A DNA stretch of 64,000 nt from Somniosus microcephalus (lineage: Eukaryota), in contig CM126217.1 in assembly GCA_052327205.1 (NCBI GenBank), positions 38,564,001 through 38,628,000 on the forward strand, given 5' to 3'. The notes beneath the pieces are model-generated. The model was not told where the DNA came from, did not search any database, and was given only the letters and a program-made list of their open reading frames with translations. This document shows positions 1 to 13,879 of this stretch, one piece after another. A program made the position numbers and the translations under genes. Every line of letters starts with the position of its first letter. Position 1 is the first letter of the stretch.

Positions 1-219
1 TCTTTGCTGCTTATTTTCTTCAGGGCAACCTCGGCCCCCAAGTATAGCACCCTCGATCAGTATGTCTATCACAGACCAGTCTCTGCTCTGGGGGGGGGGG
101 GGGGGGGGGGGGGATACAAAAACTCCAAAGAAATTCAAAAAGATTTTGAAAATATGTTTTAAAGCAATAATATACTATTGATGAACTGAAGCAGGACTAG
201 CCTATCCTCAGTTCCACAG

Positions 220-3200
220 TACACAAGCTGCTACTTTATTGCTATTCCATGAAACCTTCAACATGACAGAAGAGAAATGAGTCTTTTGATGATGAAACCA
301 GTTGGGTTTCCCTATTGAAAAATGTCACTGATTCCATTGAAAATTGTAAACCATGCAGCCCAAAGCACAGCAGCATTGTGTCTCAGGAGGGTATCTCCAT
401 CTGAATGTTAAAGGGCACTCAAGAGCCAATCGGAACACTGGGATGGCCCACCAGTATTAGTGGATAAGGATACAGAAGCTAGGTAAGAAAATATTTGTTT
501 GATTAAAGTTCTACCATTATTAATATAAAGTTCAGTGCTGCTGTTATTCCCAGCCTACCAAGTTTCAGAAAACAGAAAGCAGCACTTAAGTGTTCAAGAC
601 CACCTACTAGTACTGCCTGAAGTGAAAGTTAGTGGGGGGAAAAGAGAGTATTTGTAGCTCTTAAGGAAATACATTTTGTTTTAATATCCTCCCTTTGGAT
701 TCCACTGCTGTAGGCAGCAGGTGACCTTTTTTATCGACAAGGCACTGCTGTACATACCTAACCAAGCCAGCATGTTACCATGGCAATGGGCCCTTCCTGT
801 AGAATCACATCACCAACCTTCTAAGCTGTATATTATCTTTCTCTAACTGCATTATTCAGTGGTTGTTTACTTTCAAACCTTTTCATCAAGGATTGGACTC
901 AAATAAAGCAACTAAAACTTTGTAGGAAAAAACCTAACTGGAGTATCACCAGAATGTTTTGCAAAATTTTCCTGCTCTGTGTTGCCTGAAGTGCAGTGGC
1001 CAATAAATCAATCCTGGGAACTTTCCCACGGGACGTTATCCCTCACATTGGTAAGACATGAAAAGAAAATCAGGCGGCAGATAAATTTAAATATATCTAA
1101 ATTTAAGTAGCTGGAAGTTTGTGGGGGGTTATCTGTACAGGACTGCAGGTGATGTGGTGTCTCACTTGCCTCACCTGATGCACCACCTCTGGGAAGCAGT
1201 CACAACTATATCCACGGCCAATTCAGTTTTCTACAATAGTAGACTCCATTATAAAGATGGCAGCAGTCATACTCCATTTGAATAGATATGCTCCAACATT
1301 TATCTGACCCCAGGCCCTTGCAGAATATCTTCTGATCTGCTGAGCTCCTGGCATCATCCAGTGAGTGGTAATTCATATAAAAAGTGAGAAGCCAGACAGT
1401 AATGAGAAACTAAAAGACAGCAAGTCAGGCGCATTCTTCATCCAAATTAAGGTGTGTGTCAATTTTTGATGGGAAGAGAATAAAAGCCAGAACAACCATG
1501 CATTTATATTAGATCAAGATCACGCAAAAGTGACATGATGTGTTTTCATGAAGACAATGCCCCCTTTAATAAGGGACCCAATAGGTAGAAATTTGGAGAC
1601 TTAAAAAAGTGCACAGCAAACCCGTCAACTACCAGTTCCTCTTGAGGGGGTGGGGGGAGAGGGAGAAGAAGGGCAAAGACAATCTAAAGTGCTTTGTTCA
1701 GTGGCTCAGCATAAAACTCTAATGATTTGTAACAGCTCACGGTCCTACATAGATTAGATCAATTGGCTATGCAATCACTGCAGACTGCCAAAAAAAAAGG
1801 AAAATCTCCAACCTGCAGGGTTCCCTTTAGAAGCTGCAGTTTCCTGTTCCTATTGGCACATTAGAGTTAAAAATAATGTGTTAGCAGACATTGTTACCAC
1901 ATAGGCAATTAATTAAAACAGACATGACAAAGTGTGTATAGATCACACATTTTTCAGCACACATTGGCTTTTGAAAAGTAGGGAATTTCTTGAGGTAATA
2001 AATGGCATTTGTCTCAAAAGCCTAAAGATTTATGTAAACAGCTATTTTACACACACAGTACATTCCCCTTTTCTTTGTTCCATTCCAGTCAAATATTGTT
2101 ACTAACAGAAGTACTTCCAAGGGCTGCATTTCTGGGACCATTTCGGTATTCGTGATAGTCGTGAAGAATACTCGGTATATCAGATGCTATGAAATAGTGT
2201 AGTGTAACCTCAATTAATGAGCAATAAACAATGTAAGTTATACCTGAGGCTATGGTTTATCAGAAAGTATCATAAGCATGAACATTCTTTTGCAGGATCC
2301 TCGGTTAGAGGCATCATGTGAAAAGGTTTGCAAAAACAAAAAAGTTTGTCAAGCACTAACCCCATTGCATCACTCGTGAGTGATTGCATCATGAAAAAAA
2401 TGACAGCTCTGAGCTTTGCTTTCCTTCCCAAAGTTTGCCAAACCATTAAGACATTTCCTTTTAATGAAGGAGCCCTAAAACAATTATGAAATAGCAAGAG
2501 GCTTACTGGGAGGAGCTATTGTACACCAATAAGAGGGTAGCTTTTACAAGACTCCAAAGCATTGTTCAGGAGGCATTTGAGCCAGTTACAGTGCCCATAA
2601 CCAACATTTAAAAGATTATTCAATCCTGGGCTTACATCAGATTGTGATTCCAATGGGCATTTAATAGAGAATGCTCACATTGAAGGTTTCAACCAACCTA
2701 AAACATCATTGCAACTCTAATAGAATTTCAATCAAAATTAGACAAGAGTCCACACATTGTAGCTGAACACTAGTATTTGTGAAAAACAAAGCTCTGCCAA
2801 GGTGGGCACCTATACATTAGTGTGTGTGTCCTGTCCTTGGAAGCACTCTTAACATATTGTTTGACTAGGCTGTCACTTCCAACCTGAAATGATGGGGACG
2901 CAATGATACATATCCTGACTGCACAATGCCTGTGGTGCCACGAGAGTTGGGTAGCACTCAGCAACCACTGGATCCCACACAGCAGACGGTTTTGATCTAG
3001 GCCTGTGATATTGCACAAGTCTTCAATGTAAATAGATACAAGAAATTTGATAATGAAAAAAAACAGGAGAACAAATGAACCAGCATTTTTGTAGCCTCCA
3101 TCTGAAAGCATGCACACACACACACTTATGGATAACAATGTTTCAGCTATAGTTTATCCCTTCTTCATTGCCTAGAACAGGGTACACTCTTAAAAAACTG

Positions 3201-6200
3201 AATCTCCTTCCAGCACATGAAGCAGACCTTTATTTTTCTTTCTTTCGCTCTGAAAGAAATATAATTCCAGGCTGTAGTTGGTGGAAGCACTTCAGCATTT
3301 GACAAAGTAGTGAATGCGTATCTTGCACAACTAAGGTGGCTAGTCAATTCCCTGCAAGGTCTCACAGACAACAACTTACTTACCAAAAGCGAGCCATCAG
3401 TGATTGATTAAAACCTTAACATTTCCTTTCTTAAAAGTTGAGGTTTTGTAGGTGGTGAGGTAAATATGAAAAAGTTAAACAGAAAGAAGATAGCAGAACA
3501 CCCCCAAATACAAATCACGCAGGTGGTTTGTGTTAAAAGATAAAAAGGTGCAAATATCTGACCTGAAAGATAACCTACTAAAAATGTGTAGTTTCCTCAA
3601 AAATGTACGTTTCTAAAATCCTTTATTATTGGTAAGGTGATTTTTTTTTAAATTCTATTAAGATGCTGGAGGAACTGTGCCTTTATGCTGCACCTCCTAA
3701 TCTTTTTAAAGTTACTGCCTACGGAAAGGTTGGAGTCTGTTCCTGTGTCTGACATTGGAGCACTTTTACGACTGGAACAGACGTTCATTAGCTGCTGCTT
3801 TTCTCTCTCCTGCGAGGAGAATCAGGATTTCATTCAATATCTCCCTCAATTAAATACTGCCCCAATCAAAAACTCAAAGAACATACAAGTCTCACTTTTT
3901 TGAAGTGTAAGACAGGACAGGAGAAACAAATAGTGTTTACAAACATGGACGAAAGAAAATGACCCTTCACCTAATCGGAACTTGGCTTTGCCACCTAAAC
4001 TTAACAAAACAGAGTTTAACATTTCAGGTCACTTTCAGGATTTTACTTCTCAAAATCTTGTGCAGGAACACCTGGCTTTTGCACGGAATTTCTTTTGATA
4101 GGAAAAATAGGATCGTGGTCTCCATTTTATCAGCATAATACACATTATTACAGACTAATCCATGCCTTGTGTGTATGAAAATGAGATGGACGGTTATGGT
4201 GGAAAGAAGCACAAGGACAAAAGGAGAGAAAACGAAGAATAGAGGACAATGCGAAAATATAAGAGAAAGGCTGCTAAAAACAAATGGCACATTCTTTCTC
4301 TTCCCCCAACCAGATATTATGAACTTCTCTCAAAACTCTTACAAATAAGTTTGACATATTCAATGTTACTAAGGGAGCAGTGACTGAATTTATATAATTT
4401 CTAAAAGTTTGTACAACATCCCTAAAACTATATATATTGGTTACTACACTTTGGAGATGGCCTTTGTAAATGGTTTCCATTTTATTGCCTTGTAGTTAGC
4501 ACACACTAATTTAGTTTTCTGAAAAGCACCTGCCAAACTTCTACTAAATTAGAAATCTCAGCCTTTTGGTAAAAAGAATTTTGGTGAAAATTACTTTTAT
4601 GTCAATCATCGGCTGTGCAAGGAGAGGCAGGGGCACTGCGTAGGTAATGAAGATTTTTTCAAGTAAATACTTGAACACTGTACCAGCGATATTGGTTTGT
4701 GCGTCAGCACTTAAAAATCTCACCGTATACAAAGAAAACTACAAGGTGCTGAAATAAGAATTATCATGGAGAAAACTTGATTGCAGTTAACCAAATATTT
4801 AGGAAGACTTCTCTATCAAAAGGAAACAATTCTGCCAGTCTTTATATTCCTGTCAGTTTCTTATAATCATACTTCCTTCTACCAAGAGACCAGAGTGGTT
4901 TGAGCCACAGATTTCTTGCTGGCCACATTAACATTTTCCCAATTCAGGAAATGACGTTTGCAGGCTTCTTGCTGATTTGTCATATCTGCCTCTTCAACCC
5001 CATCCCCCTACTGTGAGGCGCTTCACCTAACGTTACTGCTACAGATAGCAGTGCACAAATGTGAACTGAGAAGATGATTGGAAGACAGCTTCCTGCCAAA
5101 GGAATCTAGTGTACTGCTAGAAAATAGACAATATATTAAAAAATTGGACTGCTTTAAGTCAGTATTAGATCACCAATAAAATGCTGCACTGTAAAACAAA
5201 TCTGTGGCTCATTCAGCAGTGCATGTGGGGCTTCTGTACAAAGCAATGAGCAGTAAATATGCTTCATCACTGTTCAAGTTAGAGGAGAAAATCTGCATAC
5301 ATCAAAAAATGAGCATCAGATTCACGGCTGTGAGCCACTGACCACCCAAACATAAATCAATAAAAAAAATGTCTTGCCCGCACACCATGGTGACTTAAGT
5401 GCGGTTCTCCGATTAGAATGTGTTTGGCCTACCATATTTGCTTTTAATAAAAAACATTTCTACGTTTCACACCGAAAGCTCTATCCATCAAAGGTGGCAC
5501 TGAACCAGTGAAGTTGGCATTCAGCCATTACATAATGGTGGCTTTTTCTCTCTTTCCCCCCCCCCCCCAAAGTGATTGTTCTCTGGGCCTCCTGTTCTAT
5601 TCGACGCAATATTATACTGGTCCCGTTATTACTTAACGGACAAGTGGCAGGTGCCACACTCACTCCTTTACTTTAATGCCTATTAGTACAAAAGAATAAA
5701 GCTTTTTAGCAAACTAAATGAAAATATACAACACAACAGTCTGAAAAAACAGTAAAATATCACAAATCCAATCTAGGGCTTTTTTGGGTAGAGAGATGGA
5801 TGAGCTTATTTATATATACATTTAATATTCCTTTCAAACTCCCCAATTCTCACACACTGGTTGGGATTAGTACAGTTTTGCTGTATCAACTACTGTTCTT
5901 TTTTGCCTTCATGTCAAGTATGCCATCATAAAATCTGGATACTTCAAAAGAGACAGACTGGAATGGATCTAATTTTAGCCTGACCATTACGGTTCCACCT
6001 TGCTCCGCATAGAGTTGCCACCTGTTCAGATTGAGTAGTGCATTGAGAAATTTCTAAAATGAAAACCAGATATTAAACGTCTGTTTTTTTAATAAAACTT
6101 AGAAGTCCATTTTTTCCTCCATTGACTTCTATGTTTTATGATGTGGAAACATTAGTTATTAATGCTATTGCAGTTCTTGATTTTTTTTAAAATGAACAGC

Positions 6201-7812
6201 ATGGTAAGCATCCAAACTCAACCCATGATCCCAATCTGCCCCTGGTCTGCAATTGGGTGCAGCAAAATGTGGCAACCCTAGCTGAGCACCACAGAAATAT
6301 GCCATCCAAGCGTTTCTGATTTAACAGCAAATATAATTAACACTGGAAACAAGGCCAAACTGGCTCCTGAAGAGAAAAGGGACAGGTCAGAGTAAAACCT
6401 GCCATCAGTCATATTTCCTGGATTGCAGAAGTAGTGGGATTACAAAATAAAATGAAACTTGGCACACAGGGTTTGGTGAACAATTCATTAAATAGTTGCA
6501 GCATCCCTATTCCAACAAGCTGTTGGCCAATTTTAGTTCAGTTTTGCTTCATCAAGAAAAAACAGCTTGAATGAGGGGGTCGAAATTGATAATCCACAGG
6601 TATGATGGTACAAAGGTATCAACTGGAGAAAAGCTGGATTAAGAATCTCAAGGTGGCAAGATTCCCTCTTCCCCCCACTAAAATTCATTTGTTTTATGGT
6701 CCAGTTTGTGTAAAAAGGTCTCAATATTCTTTACTCAACCATTCTCCAGATGTATCCCCATGGGCTGCTGCTGGGACAACCTATTGCAATACTGCTGGGT
6801 TCTCACAGTAAAACAATCCTCATTGTACAGATGGATTCACCAGGTAGAAGGACTCCAGCTCACTCCAAGCACCTTTGAGAATTTGCCACTCAAATCATAC
6901 CTTGACAGTTTGTCGGTTGCGGCAGCTATCTGGACTAGTGGACCAGGGAAAGAAACAAAGTTCCATCTCACCACATGGAAATAAATATTCCAGGAAAAGG
7001 GATTCTGCAATAACATTAATTTTTACAGTTTCTGCTAAACACGTTCACACCTGATGTATACACAGGTGCAATGCAACAACCAACATCACACTTGCCTGTA
7101 GTATACAAACAGCACAAAACATTTCCCAAACGTTTGTTTCCCTTTCTGAGCACGCTTGGGTTTGACAAGATCAACAAAAGCCATCTTTTTTTTAAAAAGA
7201 GAGGAAGGCCACTTTCCCCCTTCCCCCAACAAATCCCTTTGATTATTAGAATTGATCTGCAAAATTTGATAACACTGTGTGGTCCCAGTGATTCCATGTC
7301 TTTTGTTGTCCTTTCACCCTATTTTAAAAAAGAGTTCAAGAATTACCCTACAACATTACTGGATATGAGCACTCAAATCAAATGGTTCTTTGACAAAGAA
7401 TAGGGTATGGGGAGAAAACTGTTATCTACCTACTGAACACAGTTTCTTGAAGATTTAATTTAATGTTTTTAGTTTAATATCAAGTTCAGCAAATAATTCC
7501 CCTCCGCCTTTTGTTCTCCTTTACTGTTGTTGCTCGATACAAAGTAATTGTCTTCAGAAATTGTTTGTGAAGCATTCTGTATTGGTTTCTTAGTAAGAAG
7601 CAGCTCCTAACTGGATTCTATCAAAACACAAACGCAGTGTGATTGGAAAATGAACACTGGAAATGTCCTGTGGGCAGGTGAAGGAGGCACTTTGATTGGC
7701 TGGTATTCTAATTAACTTCCCTTCCATCCCGACACTAGGTGGTAGTATTGTCAAGAATCCAGTTGCAGTTAGGCACTTGGCTGCGAGTTTGTAAGGCAGT
7801 GCCTGCTCTCTG
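220..7812 (-). other. KIAA0930: Probable long 3' UTR / downstream region of KIAA0930
   Basis: Follows the stop codon; AT-rich, with no recognisable TE over 7.8 kb, unlike the introns; minus-strand AATAAA at 4481-4486, 3622-3627 and 235-240. The true end is unknown. Confidence 0.55.
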
Positions 7813-7853
7813 CTATGTCATCAAGATTGGTTTCTGCCGTATTTCTAGAATAT
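7813..7853 (-). CDS. KIAA0930: KIAA0930 ortholog, last coding exon (to TAG stop)
   Basis: (D)ILEIRQKPILMT*, matching the human C-terminus DILEVRQKPILMT as recalled; acceptor CCCTCAG|AT. Confidence 0.95.
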
Positions 7854-8139
7854 CTGAGGGGAGATAAAAGCAGATTCATTAGTGTAAACCATTTAAACTC
7901 AAGATCAATCCTAAACACTATGTAGAACTTACAATCTCAAACTAATTAAGGTTCTGTGGGTGGGGGAAGAGGGGCTGGTCAATTAATTCCCATCACAATT
8001 TTCTCCATTATTTAGAGCTAAGAGATCAGATACAGAGAAACTTGGAATTTGATGGATCCCTATATGAGGAACATTGAATTATTTTTGGCTCACTTAACAG
8101 GGATTGATAATTATAATTCAGTCAGTTTGTTGTAAAAAG

Positions 8140-8345
8140 AAAAAGACTTGCATTTATATAGCGCCTTTCACGACCACCGGACGTCGCAAAGTGCTTTACA
8201 GCCAATGAAGTACTTTTGAAGTGGACTCCACTGTTGTAATGTAGGAAACGTGGCAGCCAATTTGCGCACAGCATGGTCCCACAAACAGCAATGTGATAAT
8301 GACCAGATAATGTGTTTTTGTTGTGTTGGTTGAAGGATAACTATT
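8140..8345 (-). mobile_element. DeuSINE (SacSINE1-like) 3' half
   Basis: Reverse complement of the 3' part of the SINE at 53767-54216 (tail ggcgctatataaatgcaagtc). Confidence 0.8.
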
Positions 8346-8506
8346 AAGCCATTTTACTTCAATACTGCATGTAGATATTATGTTTGGGAAAAGATTATAA
8401 AAATCGCTGGGATCCGAAAATCTGATGACTAATATGATGTCATCAGGGTTTCTCAGAAAACTGAAAAAAATCATGCATTAAAAATAAAGAGTTCAAAGTA
8501 AACTAG

Positions 8507-8868
8507 GTGTCAGCCTCGTCTCAGTGGTAACACTCATGCCTGTGAGTCAGAAGGTTGTGGGTTCAAGTCCCACTCTGGAGACAATATCTAGTCTAATACT
8601 TCAGTGCAGTACTGAGGGAGTGCTGCACTGTCGGAGGTGCTGTCTTTCAGTTGAGACATTAATCCGAGGAGCCATCTTCCCTCTTGGGTGAATGTAAAAG
8701 ATCCCATGGCACTATTTCGAAGAAGAGCAGGGGAGTTGTCCCAGGTGTCCTGGCCAATATTTATCTCTGAACCAACATCACTAAAGCAGATTATCTGATC
8801 ATTGGCTGTAAAGCACTTTTGGATGCTCTGAGGTCATGAGAGGCGCTATATAAATGCAAGTCTTTCTT
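8507..8868 (+). mobile_element. DeuSINE (SacSINE1-like), internally deleted
   Basis: tRNA-like head (ctcagtggtaacactc...ggttcaagtccc), Deu core gtgcagtactgagggagtgctgcactgtcggaggtgc, L2-type tail. Confidence 0.85.
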
Positions 8869-9050
8869 TAAACTGTAAATAATAAGTTTCCCAGTAACTT
8901 ATAGTATATATGGAGGTTGGGGAGGGAAGTATATTTAAGTTCATTCACAAGCACCACTTAAACACTGGGGAAGCTCTGCCTACCATTCCATGGCACAGTA
9001 GGCTGGTAGACCTGTGTGACAATTGGTAGTTGGAGAAACAAAATTAGAAA

Positions 9051-9365
9051 GGGGGGCACGGTGGCATAGTGGTTAGCACTGTTGCCTCACAGCGCCAGGG
9101 ACCCGGGTTCAAATCCGGCCTCGGGCGACTGTCTGTGTGGAGTTTGCACATTCTCCCTGTGTCTGCGTGGGTTTCCTCCAGGTGCTCCAGTTTCCTCCCG
9201 CAGTCCAAAGATGTGCGGGTTAGGTTGATTTGGCTATGATAAATTGATCCTTAGTGTTAGGGGATTAAATACGTGGGGTTACAGGGATAGGGTGGGATAT
9301 GTGTCGGTGCAGGCTCGATGGGCCGAAATGGCCTCTATCTGCACTGTGGGGATTCTGGGATTCTG
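9051..9365 (+). mobile_element. HE1 (V-SINE) element
   Basis: tRNA-derived head with A and B boxes (tggcatagtggt, ggttcaaatcc); V-domain tgtgtggagtttgcacattctccctgtgtctgcgtgggtttcctcc; CR1-like tail gcaggctcgatgggccgaaatggcct with gggattct repeats. Confidence 0.9.
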
Positions 9366-9585
9366 GGAAACCCCCCCAAAAAACTGAAAATGCTGGAAAT
9401 GAAACCGAAAACTGGGGATACCCAGATGATCAGTCAGCATCTGCAAAGAGAGGTCAACATTTTGAGCAGTGCCCTTCCATTACTTTCATTAATCACATTA
9501 CATACACCTTTCCTTAATTTAAAAAGGGTGAAGAAAGGTTTGCCATCCATTTTTTCCTTGGTGCCTCCTAAGCAACAATTCATTA

Positions 9586-9861
<276 letters not shown>

Positions 9862-10199
9862 TTAAGTTTCAAAATGAAAACATTTATTGCATCAGATAGC
9901 ATTTCAAAATATAATCAAGTAAGAATAAGGGGAAAAAAATGCAAGAATGATGAAACCCAGCAATTTAGAATATTCTTTTAAAAAGTGATAGTAAAGCATA
10001 ATCATAGCAATGGTAATTAGTAGTGCCTTTATGTAATGGATTTTCCTTCTGGCCTAGGGTAAGAGAAAGCCGGTAATAATGCAATTCCTACATTACAAGG
10101 TATCTTCAACTAGCAGTCTTAAGAAAAGGCTCTTACAAATCAATGATAATCCACTGTAAGGCATTAATCCTATTGTATGTCTTGGAAACCAACATTACC

Positions 10200-11500
10200 A
10201 ACAACTTGCATTGATGTAGTGTCTTTTAATAGAAAAACATCCCAACGTCCTTCACAAATGTATTAAGAAAACAAACGCTGAGCCAAGGGAGGAGAGATTA
10301 GGAGGGGTGGTCAAATGCTGGTTAAAGATGCATGTTTTAGGGAGGGTCTTTAGAGGAGGAGGAGAGGGTGGTGGGGAGGCAGAAGGAATTCCAAAACATG
10401 AGGCTTAGGTGGCTGAAGGTACAGTTTGGGGGTTGCATAAGAGGTTTGAGATAAAGGAATGGAAAGTTGGGGCTTGGGGGGGGGGGGGGTGGGCGTGGAG
10501 AAGAAGTGGTTACAGAGATAGGGATTTAAACACAAGGATAGGAATTTTAAATTAGAGGCACTGCGAGACTGGAAGCCAACGTAAGCCAGTGAAGATGGGT
10601 ATAGGCAATTGTAACAATGCAGGATAAGATACAGGCATCAGAGCTTTGAATGAGATGAAGCTTATGGTTGGGGGGGGGGGGGGGGGGGGGGGAAAGAGGG
10701 GATTTCAGCCAGGAGAGCACGCAACTAATTAACTCAAGGTGACAAAGGCATAAATGAGGGTTTCAGCGACGGATGGGCCGAGCTCGCGTCGGTTGAGAGA
10801 TGTTATGCAGGTGCAAGTCTTTGTGATGGAGAGGATATAAATTCAGAAGCTCAGGTCAGGGTCGAACAGAGCTCCAAGGTTGAAAATAGTCTGGTCCAGC
10901 CTGAGAGTGGCCACAGAGGGGAATGCAGTTTGTAGTGAAGGTCGAAAACAGTGGCTTTGGATTTCCCAATGTTTAGCTGGAGGAATTTACAGCTCATGCA
11001 AAAGTCAGAGAAGTAGTCTGACACTATAGAGGCAGTGGAAATGTCAAAAGAGGTGGTGGAGAAACAGAACTAGGTGTGGTCAGCGTGGAAGCAAATCCCA
11101 TGGCTTTGGATGTTACAAAGGGGCAGCCTGTAGATGAGGAAAAGGAGGGGGCCAAGGATGGAGCCTTGGGGATCTGCTAAGGTGACAGTCCAGGAATGGG
11201 AAGAGAAGTCATTGCTGGAGATTCTCTGGCTACGGTTGGATATATACAAGTAGAACCAAGCAAGGGCAGTCGCACGGAGCGGTGAGGATTGAGAGATCAA
11301 CTGTGTGGAAGGTTGCAGCTCAATCAGTAAAGCATAATGCCCCACAGTAACAGATTTTTTTTTGTTTTGTTGTGGCTGTTAAGGCCATTTCAGTGCTGTG
11401 GAATGGGCAGAAATCTAATTGGAGGGATTCAAACAGGGAGTAGTGGGACAGCTGGATAAGGATCTGGGAAGTAACAGCACGTTCAAACACCATGAATTGC
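10200..11500 (-). mobile_element. Degenerate L2-clade LINE fragment
   Basis: RT remnants ALAWFYLYISNRSQRI and PQGSILGPLLFLIY..HGICFH; L2-like 3' tail near 10200-10260. Confidence 0.75.
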
Positions 11501-12790
11501 TCGAGCTTTACTTTCATGGTTTGATGTTTCCCGAATTATCACCCATAATTCATTTAGAAACATGCATCTCACAAACACATTACCTGAACACTGGTCCTAA
11601 AGTATTGCCTATAATTCATTGAGATATCCAATATATACGTACAGAAATACTCTACTTAAAGCCCAATTTTGGATTATTTCCTGTGTATAATTCACAGGTA
11701 ATGGAGTTTCAAGAGATAAGAGATCTGGAATTCCTGTGAGGTTATGGTAGGAAACTGATGTAACCCAGGCAGGTAGGTGCCCATTCCACTGCACCACATT
11801 TCCCCCCCCCCCCCCCCACTCAAGGCACTTTGTTATTTTACTCAAAGAAATGTTGAACACATTATTGACCTGCCCAAACATGGCCAGGTGCATTATAATC
11901 TCAGACAAATGAAGCCGATGTGCCATATGACTTCTTTCCCATCATTTTTACCTTAGTAGCACTGGGGGTGGGAGGGGGAACAAGGCCATGTGTGTGTTCC
12001 TGGCATCGAGCGCTCCTAAAGGCAACAGGGTTGGCGGGGAGATGTAAATGTTAAAAGGCCAGTTTCAGCACCACAAACTTAAAAGCTGACAACTTTTTCC
12101 CCAAGGCCACATTTACACTGTGGCAAGGTACACAAGCAATTCCCTTTACCCTCTGAAGCAGGCACCCCATCAGTGCCATCAATTGCACCAGTGCCTGCCC
12201 AAAATATTTAAATGTGGAGGCAAAGGGTGGGCAACTGTCCCACCCAAGATCTGCCCTTTTTATGTTCCACAAGAATTTCTAACTGCTCAATATTGAAAAC
12301 TGCAGAACTGAATGAATTTTATTCAAATCCCATCAATCCCACCACACAAAGAATGGAGGCCAATTAACACAATGCAAGTTGAATTTGGAAGTTAGCATTT
12401 TCATCTTTTCCCATTGAGCAGCAAAAGGATTAAAAGGGTGAACTTTAACCTCCTTGGGAAGGCCCCGCTTTATTTCATAGCCCCAATAATGACTGGTACT
12501 GCCTATCATGGAAAATCTGTGTGCATTGGAGGTTTCTTTCCCATCTTTTTTTGAATGTTATTTTGCTGTTGGTTGATGTCTTGCCCCAAGACCCCTGCCA
12601 GAGCAAGGTGCACACTGGCTGTCCTCAGCCCAGCTATGTTTGGAACCTCTCGTGAGGAATCAAGAGTACAACCGCCTCCTCTATCTACTGCCACATGACG
12701 GTGCGAGTCAGGACAAAGCAGGTGCGGGTCAGGACAAAAAAGATCAATTCACTACAAGATGCATCATCCAAAAACAAGCATAAGAAACTA

Positions 12791-12997
<207 letters not shown>

Positions 12998-13074
12998 CTA
13001 AAAATGAACCCAAAAAATGAACTGAGCTCCAGTGTTGTTAGTTAAACATGCCCAAATACTGGATTACAGTGTTC

Positions 13075-13445
13075 TAATGTATGGGAATGGGAAATCATAC
13101 AAGGAGATACTGGGACTATTTCCACTGGAACAGAAGGCTGAAGAGATTTAATAGAAGACCTTTTACACTGGTTGGGAATTGGTGATGAGGGGTGATCAAT
13201 TTAACATCGTCACTAAGGTGTGGAGAGGGGTTGGGATAAATTTCTTCATGCAGAGGGTTATTGGAGCATAGTATGTCTTGTCACAAGGAGTGCTTGAGGC
13301 AGAGCGGTTGAATCTTTTAAGGGGAAATTGGATACATTTTTGATACAGGAAAATACAGAGCTACGGGGAGAGAGCAGCGCGGTGGGTTTAACTTTGGATT
13401 GTTCTAAAATAAAGAGCTGAAACAGACACACATTTAACTCCTTCC
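13075..13445 (+). mobile_element. Old CR1 LINE 3' end
   Basis: Degenerate match to the CR1 3' region (ggactatttccactggaacagaaggctgaagagatttaatag; ttcttcatgcagagggtt). Confidence 0.6.
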
Positions 13446-13464
13446 AAGGCTGTTTTCCAACCTA

Positions 13465-13650
13465 TGTACCAGCTTAGTTCAGTTGGTAGCACACTTGCCA
13501 TGGAGTCAGAAGGTTGCGAGTTCAAGCCCTGCTCCAAGGGCAGATAATCTGGGCTGACACTTCAGTGCAGTATTAAGAGAGTGCTCCATTGTCAATGGTG
13601 CGGTCTCTTGGATGAGACGTTAAACTAAGGCTCCACCTGCCTGTTCAGGA
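13465..13650 (+). mobile_element. DeuSINE (SacSINE1-like) 5' fragment
   Basis: gttggtagcacacttgcc..gagtcagaaggttgcgagttcaagccc followed by the Deu core. Confidence 0.75.
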
Positions 13651-13879
13651 GGAGACCGCTTTAATGAGCTAAAGCTGACACTTATGTTCCATTTCCTGTC
13701 ATTGCCCTTTCAATAATACTGGATATAGTCAAGCCTGTACAAAACAGGCATTGCTAGGGACTGTATAAAAGGTGGAAGTAAATTTAAGAGAGCCACAGCA
13801 GGTAATTTAATGAGTCTTGTAAAATCATTAATTTTGAATCATTTTATCAAACATTTCTCCCACTGCTGCTTAAACATCG

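Noticed and set aside
89-113. Long G/C homopolymers (also ~10670, ~39127)
   Set aside because: Simple runs whose lengths are unreliable in assemblies; not treated as functional.
9051-9125. tRNA gene
   Set aside because: It is the tRNA-derived head of an HE1 SINE and continues into the V-domain; the same applies to the DeuSINE heads at 8507 and 53767.
12700-12740. 21-bp tandem duplications here and at ~19459-19500
   Set aside because: Two-copy local slippage duplications with no sign of function.
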